A stretch of DNA of 63,756 nt, the filler included, from Octopus bimaculoides (Eukaryota), in the NCBI RefSeq assembly GCF_001194135.2. It is 4 parts of 4 records of this genome, joined end to end, with 100 filler letters (N's around TTAATTAATTAA, not from the genome) between each part and the next. Parts side by side here need not be neighbours in the genome. Positions count along the whole stretch, not along the records: positions 60,477 to 63,756 come from NC_068983.1; 3 more parts are not named here. One strand, given 5' to 3'. Under the pieces are notes generated by a model, which had not been told where the DNA came from, did no database searches, and saw only the letters and a list, made by a program, of their open reading frames with translations. Numbering within the stretch: position 1 is the first letter of the stretch; every line of letters begins with the position of its first letter. Below, piece after piece: positions 62,240 to 63,756 of the stretch. The translations under genes and the position numbers were made by a program.

Positions 62240-63756
62240 AATATTCCATATATCAGGGCATATACAATGGTATTGATGTGCATGGCGTATGAGTATGTGA
62301 ATTATCGTATATATTGATATCCGTTTGTAAATGTTCGAATATATATACGCATGTATATGTAAGTATTTATCCGTGAATGTTTTTCTATGTACAAAAATCG
62401 CTTGTTTATGGATATATGGTTGTATCGGTATGCACACGTATAAAACTTATGTGTAAAGCTATGTACGACACATAATTTTGCGTGTACATATTCATCTACA
62501 TATGATGCTAGACTATTTACTTTTAATATTTGTATAAAAAGAAAATATAAGACTCCAGGTTTCTCCTTATTATCTCCCCTACACTACACATTAATCTAAC
62601 TTTATTTTTTAAATCTTTTTTCACAATTATAAACAACTCTTTTCGATATTATTAATTATAACTTTTCTATATCATTACATAGACGATTATATATGTTTTA
62701 GCAGTAGATAAGTTAAGTAAATTCTCCCTCATCTTTAATATTTTTATTTCTAATTTTTATTTTTATTTTATTAACCGTCTTTTAGTATCTACCTCTTCAA
62801 ATATTTTTCTATACGTTTAACTAAATTTCGTAATATTGCACTTATTTTTTTTTCTATAAAAAGTAGACATATTATTTGCAAAACACATTTTGATTATAAA
62901 TCTTATAAACCAGAAACCATTTATGAATATGATTAAAATTTGTTTTTACAACTAATTACTAAGTTTATTGACGGTTGAAAATAAATCTTAGTCTCCTGTA
63001 TTTAGTTTGCTCGTTCCTTTAATATATAGCCTCACCAGTTTTTACTTCATATATGAGAGTTTTGAATTGGCTCTTATATATAAATTTATGGCGAGAACGT
63101 TAGCCTTGTTCTTATATATATCAGCACCCGAGTTTTAACTTTTAGTCTTGTTAAAGTAGACGTAACTCCAAGAAGAATAACACATTACAAAATTAGTCTT
63201 TTTATTTTTTTCTTGTGTGTGTATATATTATGTCAGGTCGCTCTTATAAGTATTCCTGAGCGCTACTGGTAACATGTAATCCAGTACAACCTGTCTCATG
63301 GTCGGGTCGTCGGCGACTAAACTGGCAACCACACCAAGCTCGCTTGGTGAGGGGGTGATGGTTGGCATCCTGCGGGATGAAAAATAAGACTCGTCGAAAG
63401 GACGTAAGAACTACTGTGTAGTAACGTCCACGCAACAATGTTTGTTTCTGTGTGTGTGTTTAAATTCTGTGTGCGCGTGTTGTTGTGCTGTGCTGTGTGT
63501 GTGTATATTTTTATATGCATTTCTTTATATATATATATATTTTTTTTTTATAGTTACTTTTTATATATTTTTATATTTACTTTTTATGTATCTTTATGTG
63601 TTTTTACACACCGTATTTATGTGTTTTTTATATATATTTTATATTTTATATGTATCTCCATTGCAATTACTTTTCTCCTTTCATATATACATCTTTTATA
63701 TTGACTTTTCTATGTATTTTCTATGTACTTATTATATTTTTTTTGTTTTTTTTTTA

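Overview
This is AT-rich, gap-ridden eukaryotic genomic DNA dominated by microsatellites and decayed transposons. The SINE and RTE repeat families resemble those I know from octopod cephalopods; that assignment is inference and unverified. I found no host protein-coding gene, rRNA, true tRNA or CRISPR array that I can call with confidence, and most ORF-track entries are translations of microsatellites or N-gaps. DNA transposons supported: a piggyBac with all three catalytic Asp codons, five mariner (DD34D) copies, a DD37D/maT and a DD37E/TRT Tc1-like remnant, and a probable hAT end. Retroelements supported: a long L1/Tx1-clade LINE, a Tx1-type ORF1 fragment, an R4/Dong-like restriction-like-endonuclease LINE end, RTE tails, an old I/Jockey-like LINE split by a mariner, two Penelope-like (PLE) GIY-YIG fragments and many tRNA-derived SINEs. 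Three 100-bp scaffold spacers (44N-TTAATTAATTAA-44N) split the window into four blocks whose true spacing is unknown. The most interesting signal is non-coding: several distinct type I hammerhead ribozyme (HHR) motifs. One near-perfect minimal HHR (60113-60158, minus) lies downstream of a tRNA-derived Pol III head and an (AAT)n spacer, which suggests a SINE-like retrozyme mobilised by PLEs. A second well-formed HHR is at 18467-18527. The left ~21 kb shows strong CpG decay relative to copies of the same repeat families further right, suggesting a methylated host gene body.
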